NCBI GenBank assembly: GCA_963702005.1
Contig: OY969696.1
Location: 4,224,001 to 4,288,000 of the forward strand
DNA: 64,000 nucleotides
Direction: 5' to 3'
From: Candidatus Aminicenantes bacterium
GTDB lineage: Bacteria > Acidobacteriota > Aminicenantia > Aminicenantales > JAFGBC01
Below are positions 1 through 7,665 of this stretch, in pieces. How positions within the stretch are numbered: the first letter of the stretch is position 1; every line of letters starts with the position of its first letter. The position numbers and the translations under genes were made by a program. Below the pieces are notes generated by a model. It was not told the DNA's origin and did not search any database. It saw nothing but the letters and a program-made list of their open reading frames with translations.

Positions 1-31
1 TTGTAAAATTAATTTACAGCCCGGCCGGCCG

Positions 32-481
32 CTATTTGGACGGCTCTTTCTTCTTTCCGCCCTTCTTGAGCTTCTCTTCCCAGGTGACGAAGCTGTGATA
101 GAAGATGTGATCGCCCTCGTCGATCCCCCGGGTGATTTCCGTAATGTGGGAGGTCGTCGCCCCGAACGCTTCGACGGCGTAGATGACGGCTTTTTCGGGA
201 TCGATATTGTTGCCGCAGGTGTAGATGTCGAGAGCGCCGTAGCGCATCTCCGGCCAGGTGTGGGTCGAGATATGGGACTCGGAGATAACGACGACGCCGC
301 TCACGCCGTTCGGGGGGAATCGGCTGAAGGAAATGGCCCAGACTTGGGCGCCGGCGATCTCGGCGGCCTTGACCAGGATCTCCTGGACCTTCTCGATGCT
401 TCCGATGATCTTGGGATCGCAGCCGGACGATTCGACGATGTAATGATGCCCGGTGGGCTCGTAGACTTTCTTGGGGGGCAT
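32..481 (-). CDS. speD: S-adenosylmethionine decarboxylase proenzyme
   Basis: GHH near N-terminus; GVSGVVVISESHISTHTWPE (Glu-Ser self-cleavage site); DIYTCG. Confidence 0.95.
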   Translation of the reverse strand: MPPKKVYEPTGHHYIVESSGCDPKIIGSIEKVQEILVKAAEIAGAQVWAISFSRFPPNGVSGVVVISESHISTHTWPEMRYGALDIYTCGNNIDPEKAVIYAVEAFGATTSHITEITRGIDEGDHIFYHSFVTWEEKLKKGGKKKEPSK

Positions 482-516
482 TGTCCCGCTCCTCGCCGGA
501 AAGGCCGGACAGCGCC

Positions 517-544
517 ATTATGGCACAACGGCCCACCGTGTCAA
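517..544 (-). promoter_or_regulatory. sigma70-type promoter for speD
   Basis: Minus strand TTGACA (544-539), 16 bp, CATAAT (522-517) with extended TGn. Confidence 0.55.
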
Positions 545-652
545 CCCTTCGACTCCCCGGCATGAATGCCGGGGCTTGCTCAGGGTTAACCCTGAGCCTC
601 GCTTCTCGTCCCCGCCTTGAAAGGCGGGGCTTAGCGTCGGCGAACGGGTCAA
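540..652. mobile_element. Small palindromic non-autonomous element, copy 1 (MITE/REP/IS200-IS605-end-like)
   Basis: ~90% identical to 63683-63794; hairpins CCCCGGCATGAATGCCGGGG, GCTCAGGGTTAACCCTGAGC, CCCCGCCTTGAAAGGCGGGG; GTCAA at both ends. Confidence 0.8.
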
Positions 653-658
653 GGACGC

Positions 659-1102
659 TCAAACCTGGATCCTGCGCTCCTCCTTGACGACGTTGAGGAC
701 GATATGGGTGACGCTCCGGTCCACATAGCGGAGGACGAGGAGGTCCTTGATGAATTTGTTGAGGTCGTCGCGACCCCGGAAGTAGCCGACGATGAGGGAA
801 TCCCATTCCCCGGTCACGTCGTAGACGGCCATGACGCGGGGGTCCTCGGAGATTCTCTTCTGGGTTTCGAGGAGCTTGCCCTGGGAGATCCGGATGGCGA
901 TGACCGCGGCCAGGGACAACCCGAAGTGCTCCGGATTGACGTCGGGGACATAGCCGCGGATCGTCCCCCGGCTTTCCATGTCCTTGACTTTATGGATGAC
1001 GGCCGTCACCGATGACCCCACCTCGCGGGCGATCTCCCGGAAGCTCTTCCGGGCGTTCTCGTTCAGTGCCCTGACGATCTTCTTGTCCAGGTCGTCGATC
1101 AT
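659..1102 (-). CDS. Lrp/AsnC family transcriptional regulator
   Basis: IDDLDKKIVRALNENARKSFREIAREVG helix-turn-helix; VYDVTGEWD RAM domain. Confidence 0.95.
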   Translation of the reverse strand: MIDDLDKKIVRALNENARKSFREIAREVGSSVTAVIHKVKDMESRGTIRGYVPDVNPEHFGLSLAAVIAIRISQGKLLETQKRISEDPRVMAVYDVTGEWDSLIVGYFRGRDDLNKFIKDLLVLRYVDRSVTHIVLNVVKEERRIQV

Positions 1103-1114
1103 GGCGGCCTCCCT

Positions 1115-1240
1115 TCATATGTTATCATATTTAGCCTTTTTTTTATCATTTGTCATTAAAAATAATATTTTAGTTGACATTCTTGGAAATTTATGGCCAT
1201 ATGTATAAGCATAATGTATCGGCTCTCCGAAGATAATCTT
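1115..1240. promoter_or_regulatory. AT-rich divergent promoter region between lrp and glnA
   Basis: Sharp AT-rich tract in a GC-rich background; TTGACA at 1174-1179. Confidence 0.55.
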
Positions 1241-1286
1241 TTCCGGAGGGCGCCGCTTCCCATCCCACCCAATCCAGGAGGTTTCC

Positions 1287-2690
1287 ATGCATTCCGATTC
1301 CCGTCCCCTGAAAGCTTTCGGCTTTAAGGACGTCCAGGAGGTTCTGGATACGGTTCTCGACCCCGAACATAAGATCGAGTTCATCCGGATCGTCTTCCCC
1401 GACATCCTGGGCCGGCCCATGGATTTCGCCTTCCCCGCCTCGGAACTCAAGGCTGCCTTCCGGGACGGGAAGGGCTTCGACGGCTCTTCGGTCGAGGGGT
1501 TCGTCCGGATCGAGGAAAGCGACCTCGTCATCAAGCCCGACCCGGCGACCTTCCGCGTCCTGCCCTGGACCTACCGGGGCTTTTCGGAGGAGGCCGTCTG
1601 GCGGGAGGGCGTGATGTTCGGCGACATCCTGACCCCGGAAGGCAAGCCTTACGAGGGCGACAGCCGGTACGTCCTCAAACGGATCCTGGCCATGGCCCGC
1701 CAGGACTTCGGCGTCGAGGACATCAAGTGTGGACCCGAGCTCGAGTTTTTCATCTTCCCCGACGACCGGACGCCCCGGGCGATCGACGAGGGCGGCTATT
1801 TCTTCGCGGGCCGCCACGGCGAGGTCCGCAAGGAAATCCAGCTCCTCCTCCATCGGATGGGGATCGAGACCGAATACGACCACCACGAGGTCGCCCACGG
1901 CCAGCACGAGATCGACCTCTGCTATCTCAGCGCCCTGGAGATGGCCGACACCGCCATGATCTTCCGCTACGTCGTCAAGAAGGTCGCCCGGATGCACGGC
2001 CTCTACGCGACGTTCATGCCCAAGCCCATCAACGGCCAAAACGGGAGCGGCATGCATGTCCATCAGTCCCTGTGGAAGGGGGGGAAAAACCTCTTTTTCG
2101 ACCCGGATCATCCCTACCGTCTATCCGAAATGGCCCGGGGCTACATGGCCGGGCTCCTGGCCCACGCCCGGGACATCTCGGCCGTCCTCAGCCAATGGAT
2201 CAACTCCTATAAACGCCTGATCGAAGGCTACGAGGCGCCCGTTTATATCGCCTGGGGACAGCGGAACCGCTCCGCCTACATCCGAGTCCCCGAGTACCAG
2301 CCCGGCAAGGAGCGGGCGACCCGGATCGAGCTCCGCTCGCCCGACCCGGCTTGTAACATCTACCTCGCCTTCGCCGCGATGTTCGGGGCCGGGCTGGCCG
2401 GCATCCGGGACGGCGAGCGGCTTCCCGACTCGGTAGAAGAAAACATATACCACATGAGCAACTCCCGGCAGAAGAAGTTCGAGATCCGGACCCTGCCCCG
2501 CAACCTCGAAGAAGCTCTCCGGGTCATGGAAAAGAGCCCCCTCGTCCGCGAAACCCTGGGCGTCTATCTTTTCGATCGCTTCCTGGCCAACAAGCGCTGC
2601 GAGCTCGAGGAGTACACGGCGAACGTCCCGGGCGAGTTCGACAAGCAGGTCAGCGAGTACGAGGTCCTCCGCTACCTGCCTTTCCTCTGA
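1287..2690 (+). CDS. glnA: Glutamine synthetase type I
   Basis: FDGSSVEGFVRIEESD, ELEFF, HHEVAHGQHEI, FMPKP-NGSGMHVHQSL, GYEAP, NRSAYIRVP, RIELRSPDP. Confidence 0.92.
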   Translation: MHSDSRPLKAFGFKDVQEVLDTVLDPEHKIEFIRIVFPDILGRPMDFAFPASELKAAFRDGKGFDGSSVEGFVRIEESDLVIKPDPATFRVLPWTYRGFSEEAVWREGVMFGDILTPEGKPYEGDSRYVLKRILAMARQDFGVEDIKCGPELEFFIFPDDRTPRAIDEGGYFFAGRHGEVRKEIQLLLHRMGIETEYDHHEVAHGQHEIDLCYLSALEMADTAMIFRYVVKKVARMHGLYATFMPKPINGQNGSGMHVHQSLWKGGKNLFFDPDHPYRLSEMARGYMAGLLAHARDISAVLSQWINSYKRLIEGYEAPVYIAWGQRNRSAYIRVPEYQPGKERATRIELRSPDPACNIYLAFAAMFGAGLAGIRDGERLPDSVEENIYHMSNSRQKKFEIRTLPRNLEEALRVMEKSPLVRETLGVYLFDRFLANKRCELEEYTANVPGEFDKQVSEYEVLRYLPFL

Positions 2691-2729
2691 TTGAATCATT
2701 AGGCTCGGCCGGCGGCTCGCCGGGCGGCC

Positions 2730-2758
2730 TTGACGATCCTAGATCCATGGCTTAGAAT
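2730..2758 (+). promoter_or_regulatory. sigma70-type promoter for DRTGG cassette
   Basis: TTGACG-17 bp-TAGAAT. Confidence 0.55.
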
Positions 2759-2809
2759 AATATCTAAGCGTAGGGGAAGATTATCCATCTTCCCTTCCGT
2801 CGTCAACCA

Positions 2810-3157
2810 ATGATGACCCTTAGAGAGATTCGAGACCTGCTCGGCGGGGAATTGCTTACGCCGGACTTGGATCTCGAGTCGGAATATTCAAAGGTTTTCG
2901 CTTCGGATCTGATGAGCGACGTCTTGGCCTACATGGACCCGGGATCGGTCCTGGTGACGGGACTGGTCAACGCCCATGTCGTCCGCACGGCCCGCCTGGC
3001 CGACGCCTCGGCCATCGTCCTCGTCCAGGGGAAACGTCCCGATGCGAAGGTCGTGGGCGAGGCCAGGCTCCACAATCTGCCGATCATCTCGACGGCCTGT
3101 TCCATGTTCGAAGCCTGCTCGAGAATCTCCCGCTCCTTTCCGGAAGGCGACCGATGA
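2810..3157 (+). CDS. DRTGG domain protein
   Basis: FASDLMSDVLA, LVTGLVNAHVVRTA; typical first gene of hydrogenase-associated regulatory cassettes. Confidence 0.85.
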   Translation: MMTLREIRDLLGGELLTPDLDLESEYSKVFASDLMSDVLAYMDPGSVLVTGLVNAHVVRTARLADASAIVLVQGKRPDAKVVGEARLHNLPIISTACSMFEACSRISRSFPEGDR

Positions 3158-3597
3158 GCGAAGACAACGCCCTTCGGCAGGAATTCCAGGTCAAGGGCGG
3201 AGATTTCAGCCGGGCCGGGGAAGTCTCCTGCGAGATCAAGAATCTTCTCAAGGAGATCGGCCTCAGCTCCCAGGTCGTCCGGCGCGCTGCGATCGCGGCC
3301 TACGAGGCCGAGATGAACATCATCATGTACGCCTGGCAGGGCCGTTTCGACCTGTCGGTCACCCCGGACCGGGTCCGGATCGTCGTCGAGGACAACGGCC
3401 CCGGCATCGAGGACGTCGAGCTGGCCCTGAGCGAGGGCTATTCGACGGCCACCCCGGAAATGCGGGAACTCGGGTTCGGCGCCGGTATGGGTCTCCCCAA
3501 CATCAAGAAGAACACCGACGACTTCCGGATCGTCTCGGAGGTTGGCCGGGGGACGCGGCTGGAATTGACGTTCCTGACCAACGGACATAAGCCATGA
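3154..3597 (+). CDS. Anti-sigma regulatory factor / RsbT-like Ser/Thr kinase (HATPase_c)
   Basis: YEAEMNI, EDNGPGI, GYSTA, GFGAGMGLPNI. Confidence 0.9.
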   Translation: MSEDNALRQEFQVKGGDFSRAGEVSCEIKNLLKEIGLSSQVVRRAAIAAYEAEMNIIMYAWQGRFDLSVTPDRVRIVVEDNGPGIEDVELALSEGYSTATPEMRELGFGAGMGLPNIKKNTDDFRIVSEVGRGTRLELTFLTNGHKP

Positions 3598-4868
3598 CGG
3601 AAACCAACCGCAACCCGCTTCATATCAACACGGAAAAGTGCATCGGGTGCGTTCACTGCCTGACGGCCTGTCCGACCAAGGCGATCCGGATTAAGAACGG
3701 AAAGGCCCTCATTTTCAACGAGCTGTGCATCGACTGCGGGGAATGCATCCGGTTCTGTCCCCGGGACGCTATCGATTCCCTGACGACCTCGTTCTCGGAC
3801 CTGAACGCCTTCAAATACAAGGTCGCCATCCCGGCGACCCCTCTCTACGGACAATTCGAGAATGCCACGCTCCCCAACGAGATTCTGTTCGCCCTGCGCC
3901 GGATCGGATTCGACTACGTCTACGAGCTCAGCACGATCTGCGAGCTCAACAACTCGGCCATCGAGAAATACATCGACAGCCACGCCAGGCCCCGGCCGCT
4001 CATCGCCTCAACCTGTCCCGTCGTCGTCCGCCTCATCCAGCGGCGTTTTCCTTCGCTCTGCGAACTGATCGTCCCGATCGAACCCCCGCGCGAGATCGCG
4101 GCCAAGATCCTGAGGGCCAATCTGCCCCGGGTTCTCAAGATCGCGCCCTCCGACATCGGCATCATCCACATCACGCCCTGCCCGGCGAAGATAGTCTCGA
4201 TCAACTACCCCGTCTCGATGGAAAAATCCTACCTGGACGGAGCTATCTCGATCCGGGACATCTACAACCCGATCTTTCAAGCCCTCCGGCAAAGCCAGGA
4301 AGATACGATCATGTGCCATCTCTTCCCGGAAACCCTCTTCAGCGGAATCGGGATGGGCACGGCCCTCTCGGGGGGAGAAACGCGGGGTCTCAAGCACCAT
4401 CGGACGGTCGCCGTTTCCGGAGTCCGGGATACGATCCGAGTTTTGGATCAGGTCGAAATGGGTCTTCTCAAAGACGTGGACCTCCTCGAGTGCACGGTCT
4501 GCCCGGATGGCTGCGTGGGAGGCCCGCTGGCCGTCGAAAACCGGTTCCTGGCGAAAAGCCGGATCTTGCGCTTGGTCGGCATGATGGGAGAACGGACCGT
4601 GGTCGACGACTCGGACATGAGCCAGCTCTATCATAAGGACTTCCTGTCTTTTCGCCATCCGGTGCAGCCCGTCCAGGCTCCTCCCCTCGACGGCGATCCC
4701 GCCCAGGCCATACAGAAGGCCAAGCGCCGAAACAAACTCATCAGACAGCTTCCGGGCAAAGACTGCGGGGCCTGCGGCGCTCCCGACTGCCGGACGTTGG
4801 CCGACGATGTCGTTCGCGGCCTGGCGCCCCTCTCCGATTGTCCGTTCACGAACAAGGAGAAAAAATGA
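3594..4868 (+). CDS. Putative sensory [FeFe]-hydrogenase-like protein (2x[4Fe-4S] + divergent H-domain + C-terminal FeS)
   Basis: CIGCVHCLTACP and CIDCGECIRFCP; H-cluster-like motifs ASTCP, TPCPAK, ECTVCPDGCVGG; C-terminal LPGKDCGACGAPDC. Confidence 0.8.
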   Translation: MTETNRNPLHINTEKCIGCVHCLTACPTKAIRIKNGKALIFNELCIDCGECIRFCPRDAIDSLTTSFSDLNAFKYKVAIPATPLYGQFENATLPNEILFALRRIGFDYVYELSTICELNNSAIEKYIDSHARPRPLIASTCPVVVRLIQRRFPSLCELIVPIEPPREIAAKILRANLPRVLKIAPSDIGIIHITPCPAKIVSINYPVSMEKSYLDGAISIRDIYNPIFQALRQSQEDTIMCHLFPETLFSGIGMGTALSGGETRGLKHHRTVAVSGVRDTIRVLDQVEMGLLKDVDLLECTVCPDGCVGGPLAVENRFLAKSRILRLVGMMGERTVVDDSDMSQLYHKDFLSFRHPVQPVQAPPLDGDPAQAIQKAKRRNKLIRQLPGKDCGACGAPDCRTLADDVVRGLAPLSDCPFTNKEKK

Positions 4869-5206
4869 ACCTGGCCGACATCGTCGAACGGCTTGAGCTC
4901 AAGGTCTACGCCGGGCGGTCGGAGATGGCGCGGACGGTCAGCGGCGGCTACGCGAGCGACCTCCTGAGCGACGTCATCGCCCACAGCCGGAAGGACCAGC
5001 TCTGGATCACTCTCCAGGTCCATCCCAATATCGTCGCGGTCGCCGCCCTCAAGGAGCTGGCGGCGATCGTTCTCGTCAACGGACGGGAACCCGCCGCCGA
5101 AACGACCGCGCGGGCGGACAAGGAGCGGATCCCCGTCTTGGGGACCCCTCTGAGCGCCTACGAATTCGTGGGGAGGGTCTATGGTCTGGGGCTCAAAGAA
5201 AAATAA
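4865..5206 (+). CDS. DRTGG domain protein
   Basis: GGYASDLLSDVIA, WITLQVHPNIVAVA; ATG at 4865 overlaps upstream stop, RBS AAGGAG. Confidence 0.85.
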   Translation: MNLADIVERLELKVYAGRSEMARTVSGGYASDLLSDVIAHSRKDQLWITLQVHPNIVAVAALKELAAIVLVNGREPAAETTARADKERIPVLGTPLSAYEFVGRVYGLGLKEK

Positions 5207-5952
5207 TGGCGCTCAGGCGCTTCCGGGCCGACCTCCATATCCATACTTGCCTGTCGCCCTGCGGAGAGCTGTCGATCTATCCGCGCAAGATCGTTGAGCG
5301 GGCCCTCGACCAGAAACTCCGGATCATCGCCGTCTGCGATCACAACACGGCGGAAAACGCGGCGGCGGTCCTCCAGGCCGCCCGCGGAACGGGGCTGACG
5401 GTCATCCCGGGCATGGAGCTGACCTCCGAGGAAGAAGTCCACATCCTGGGTCTGTTCCCGACCATGGACGATATCCTTCCCGTCCAGGAGGAGGTGTTCC
5501 GCGGGCTCCCGGCGCTCCCGGCCGAGGACAAATTCCTCAAGGATCAGGTCATCGTCAACGAGGATGACGAGGTCCTGGGTTTCAGCCCCCACTGTCTGTT
5601 CGGGGCGACCCGGCTGACCGTGTTCGAGGTCGTGGAGCTCATCCATCGGCGGAAGGGACTGGCGATCGCGTCCCATATCGACCGGGGAGCGTTCAGCATC
5701 ATCTCCCAGCTGGGGTTCATCCCTTCCGACCTCGAGCTCGACGCCCTCGAGGTCTCTCCCCTGATGACCATCCCCGAGGCCCGGGCGGCCCTCGCTCCTC
5801 CCCCCGACATCCCCCTGGTTCGTTTCTCCGATGCCCATTGCCCCGAGGAGATCGGCCGGACCACGACCGACCTCCTCCTGGCCGCCCCCGTCTTTGAAGA
5901 GGTCCGGATGGCCTTCAAGAGCGGAAAGGGACGGAGGGTCTGCGAACCATGA
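5206..5952 (+). CDS. PHP domain phosphoesterase
   Basis: DLHIHTCLSPC, CDHN, GMEL, EEVH, SHIDR, SDAH. Confidence 0.9.
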   Translation: MALRRFRADLHIHTCLSPCGELSIYPRKIVERALDQKLRIIAVCDHNTAENAAAVLQAARGTGLTVIPGMELTSEEEVHILGLFPTMDDILPVQEEVFRGLPALPAEDKFLKDQVIVNEDDEVLGFSPHCLFGATRLTVFEVVELIHRRKGLAIASHIDRGAFSIISQLGFIPSDLELDALEVSPLMTIPEARAALAPPPDIPLVRFSDAHCPEEIGRTTTDLLLAAPVFEEVRMAFKSGKGRRVCEP

Positions 5953-6494
5953 TGGAGGACCTGTCCCTTCACATTCTTGACATCGTCGAGAACGCCATCG
6001 CGGCCGGAGCGACCCGGATCTTCGTGACCGTGACCGAGGACGAACGACGGGACTTCCTCGGGATCCGCGTGTCGGACAACGGGCCGGGGATGTCGCAACG
6101 GACTCTCCGGAAGGCCCTCGACCCGTTCTTCACCACGAAGGGGAAGCGGACGGGGCTCGGGCTTCCGCTCCTGGCCCAGGCGGCCGAACATTGCGGCGGA
6201 AGAGTGACGATTCGCGCGGCGCTCAACAAAGGGACGAAAGTCGCGGCCCGTTTCCGGCACGGCCACATCGACCGGCCGCCCCTGACGAACATGAAGGGGA
6301 CTCTGATGGTCATCGTCCTCGGCCACGCCGAGATCGATCTCGTCTACCGCCACAGCCGGAACGGGCGCCTCTTCGAGTTCCGGAGCCGGCGCTATCTCAA
6401 GGCCCTTGGACTTTCCGCCGCCCTGACCCCGGATGCGATCCGGGGAGTCTCGGAAGCGCTGGAAGTCGGCCTGAGACGCATCGGGAGAACTTGA
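5949..6494 (+). CDS. Histidine-kinase-like ATPase (HATPase_c) protein
   Basis: DLSLHILDIVENA, DNGPGM, DPFFTTK, GLGLPLL, HIDRPPL. Confidence 0.88.
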   Translation: MMEDLSLHILDIVENAIAAGATRIFVTVTEDERRDFLGIRVSDNGPGMSQRTLRKALDPFFTTKGKRTGLGLPLLAQAAEHCGGRVTIRAALNKGTKVAARFRHGHIDRPPLTNMKGTLMVIVLGHAEIDLVYRHSRNGRLFEFRSRRYLKALGLSAALTPDAIRGVSEALEVGLRRIGRT

Positions 6495-6515
6495 AGGTTG
6501 CGGTCCGTGCTTGAC

Positions 6516-6545
6516 TTGACAAAGTCCGAATCGTTCTGCTATAAA
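6516..6545 (+). promoter_or_regulatory. sigma70-type promoter for the NuoE/F/G-like operon
   Basis: TTGACA-18 bp-TATAAA with extended TGn. Confidence 0.6.
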
Positions 6546-6637
6546 TCCAATCTCATTTTTATGTACGACGCATTTATTCTGAACCCAAACCAACATCCGC
6601 GGTCTGCTAACGATTTCCTAAAACGGGAGGGCTAGCC

Positions 6638-7156
6638 TTGGCTTTCAAGATCCAAAAAACTCAATCCATCATCAAAAAGCACAAGGGCCTTAAGAAGAAC
6701 CTGATCGCGATCCTGCTTGACGTCCAAACCGAGCACAAGTATCTGCCGCCGGAGGCCCTCCGTTATGTCGCCCAAGCGCTGGACATGCCCCTGATCGAGG
6801 TCATCGGTGTCGCAACATTCTACCGGGCCTTCAGCCTCACCCCGCGCGGCGAGCACACCTGCTTGATCTGCCTGGGGACGGCCTGTCATGTCCGGGGGGG
6901 ACCCAAGATCCTCGAGGAATTCGAACGGAAGCTCGAGGTCGAACCCGGCCAGACGACCAAGGACGGTCAGTTCACGCTGGAGACCGTCGCCTGCCTCGGC
7001 TGCTGCGCGATCGGCCCCGTCGTCGTCGTCGACGGAGAATACCACGGCCACGCCACGATCCGGAAGGTCAGCAAGATCCTGGAGAAATATCGGAAGCCGG
7101 AAGCGCCCCCGGCCAAGCCGCAGAAATCGAGTCCGGCCAAGAGCCTAGCGTCATGA
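6638..7156 (+). CDS. NuoE/HydC-like [2Fe-2S] subunit
   Basis: GVATFY, CLGTACHVRG, CLGCC; TTG start after GGGAGG. Confidence 0.9.
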   Translation: MAFKIQKTQSIIKKHKGLKKNLIAILLDVQTEHKYLPPEALRYVAQALDMPLIEVIGVATFYRAFSLTPRGEHTCLICLGTACHVRGGPKILEEFERKLEVEPGQTTKDGQFTLETVACLGCCAIGPVVVVDGEYHGHATIRKVSKILEKYRKPEAPPAKPQKSSPAKSLAS

Positions 7157-7173
7157 GGAGGATCACAAGAACC

Positions 7174-7656
7174 ATGCCAGTCAAAAAGTCTATTAAAATG
7201 AAGGACAAACCCAAAGCCGAGAAAAGGACTCCGAAAGCCACGGCCGTCCGGAAGGCGCGGCCGGTGGTCGAGAAGAAGAAACTCCGCATCCAGGATTTGG
7301 AAAGAATCCGGGAGAAAGCGCGGGCCACGGCCACGATCCGGGGCAGCGAGGGCCGGGCCAAGGTCACGGTCCACATGGGCACCTGCGGGATCGCCGCCGG
7401 CGCCCGCGATATCATGGACGCGCTCCTGGATGAAATGAAGGCCAAGGACGTCAAGGACGTCATCGTGACGACCTCGGGCTGCGCCGGGCTCTGCAACCGC
7501 GAGCCGATGGCCACGGTCGAGCTCAAGGACCAGCCGCCCGTGAAGTACGTCGACCTGACGCCCGACAAGATCCGCAAGATCCTGGTCGAGCACGCCCTGG
7601 GCGGCCATCCCGTCGTCGCCTACGCCCTGGCCATCGGAAGCGAAACCGCGTACTGA
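7174..7656 (+). CDS. Thioredoxin-like [2Fe-2S] ferredoxin subunit (HndB/HydD-like)
   Basis: VHMGTCGIAAGAR, SGCAGLCNREP; Lys-rich N-terminal extension, start uncertain. Confidence 0.82.
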   Translation: MPVKKSIKMKDKPKAEKRTPKATAVRKARPVVEKKKLRIQDLERIREKARATATIRGSEGRAKVTVHMGTCGIAAGARDIMDALLDEMKAKDVKDVIVTTSGCAGLCNREPMATVELKDQPPVKYVDLTPDKIRKILVEHALGGHPVVAYALAIGSETAY

Positions 7657-7665
7657 GAGGGATCC

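Noticed and set aside
9-806. 265 aa minus-strand ORF and 481-687 plus-strand ORF running through the repeat element
   Set aside because: Shadow ORFs overlapping speD and lrp; the peptide is simply the translated palindromic repeat.
1151-1167. GlnR/TnrA-like box TGTCA-N7-TAATA upstream of glnA
   Set aside because: Mismatch in the second half-site, AT-rich context makes chance matches likely, and no such regulator is in view.
1287-2690. GlnA as a gamma-glutamyl-polyamine synthetase (suggested by nearby speD)
   Set aside because: It retains the ammonia-site residues of true GS (EESD and the GYEAP glutamate flap), and speD is in a separate, oppositely oriented unit.
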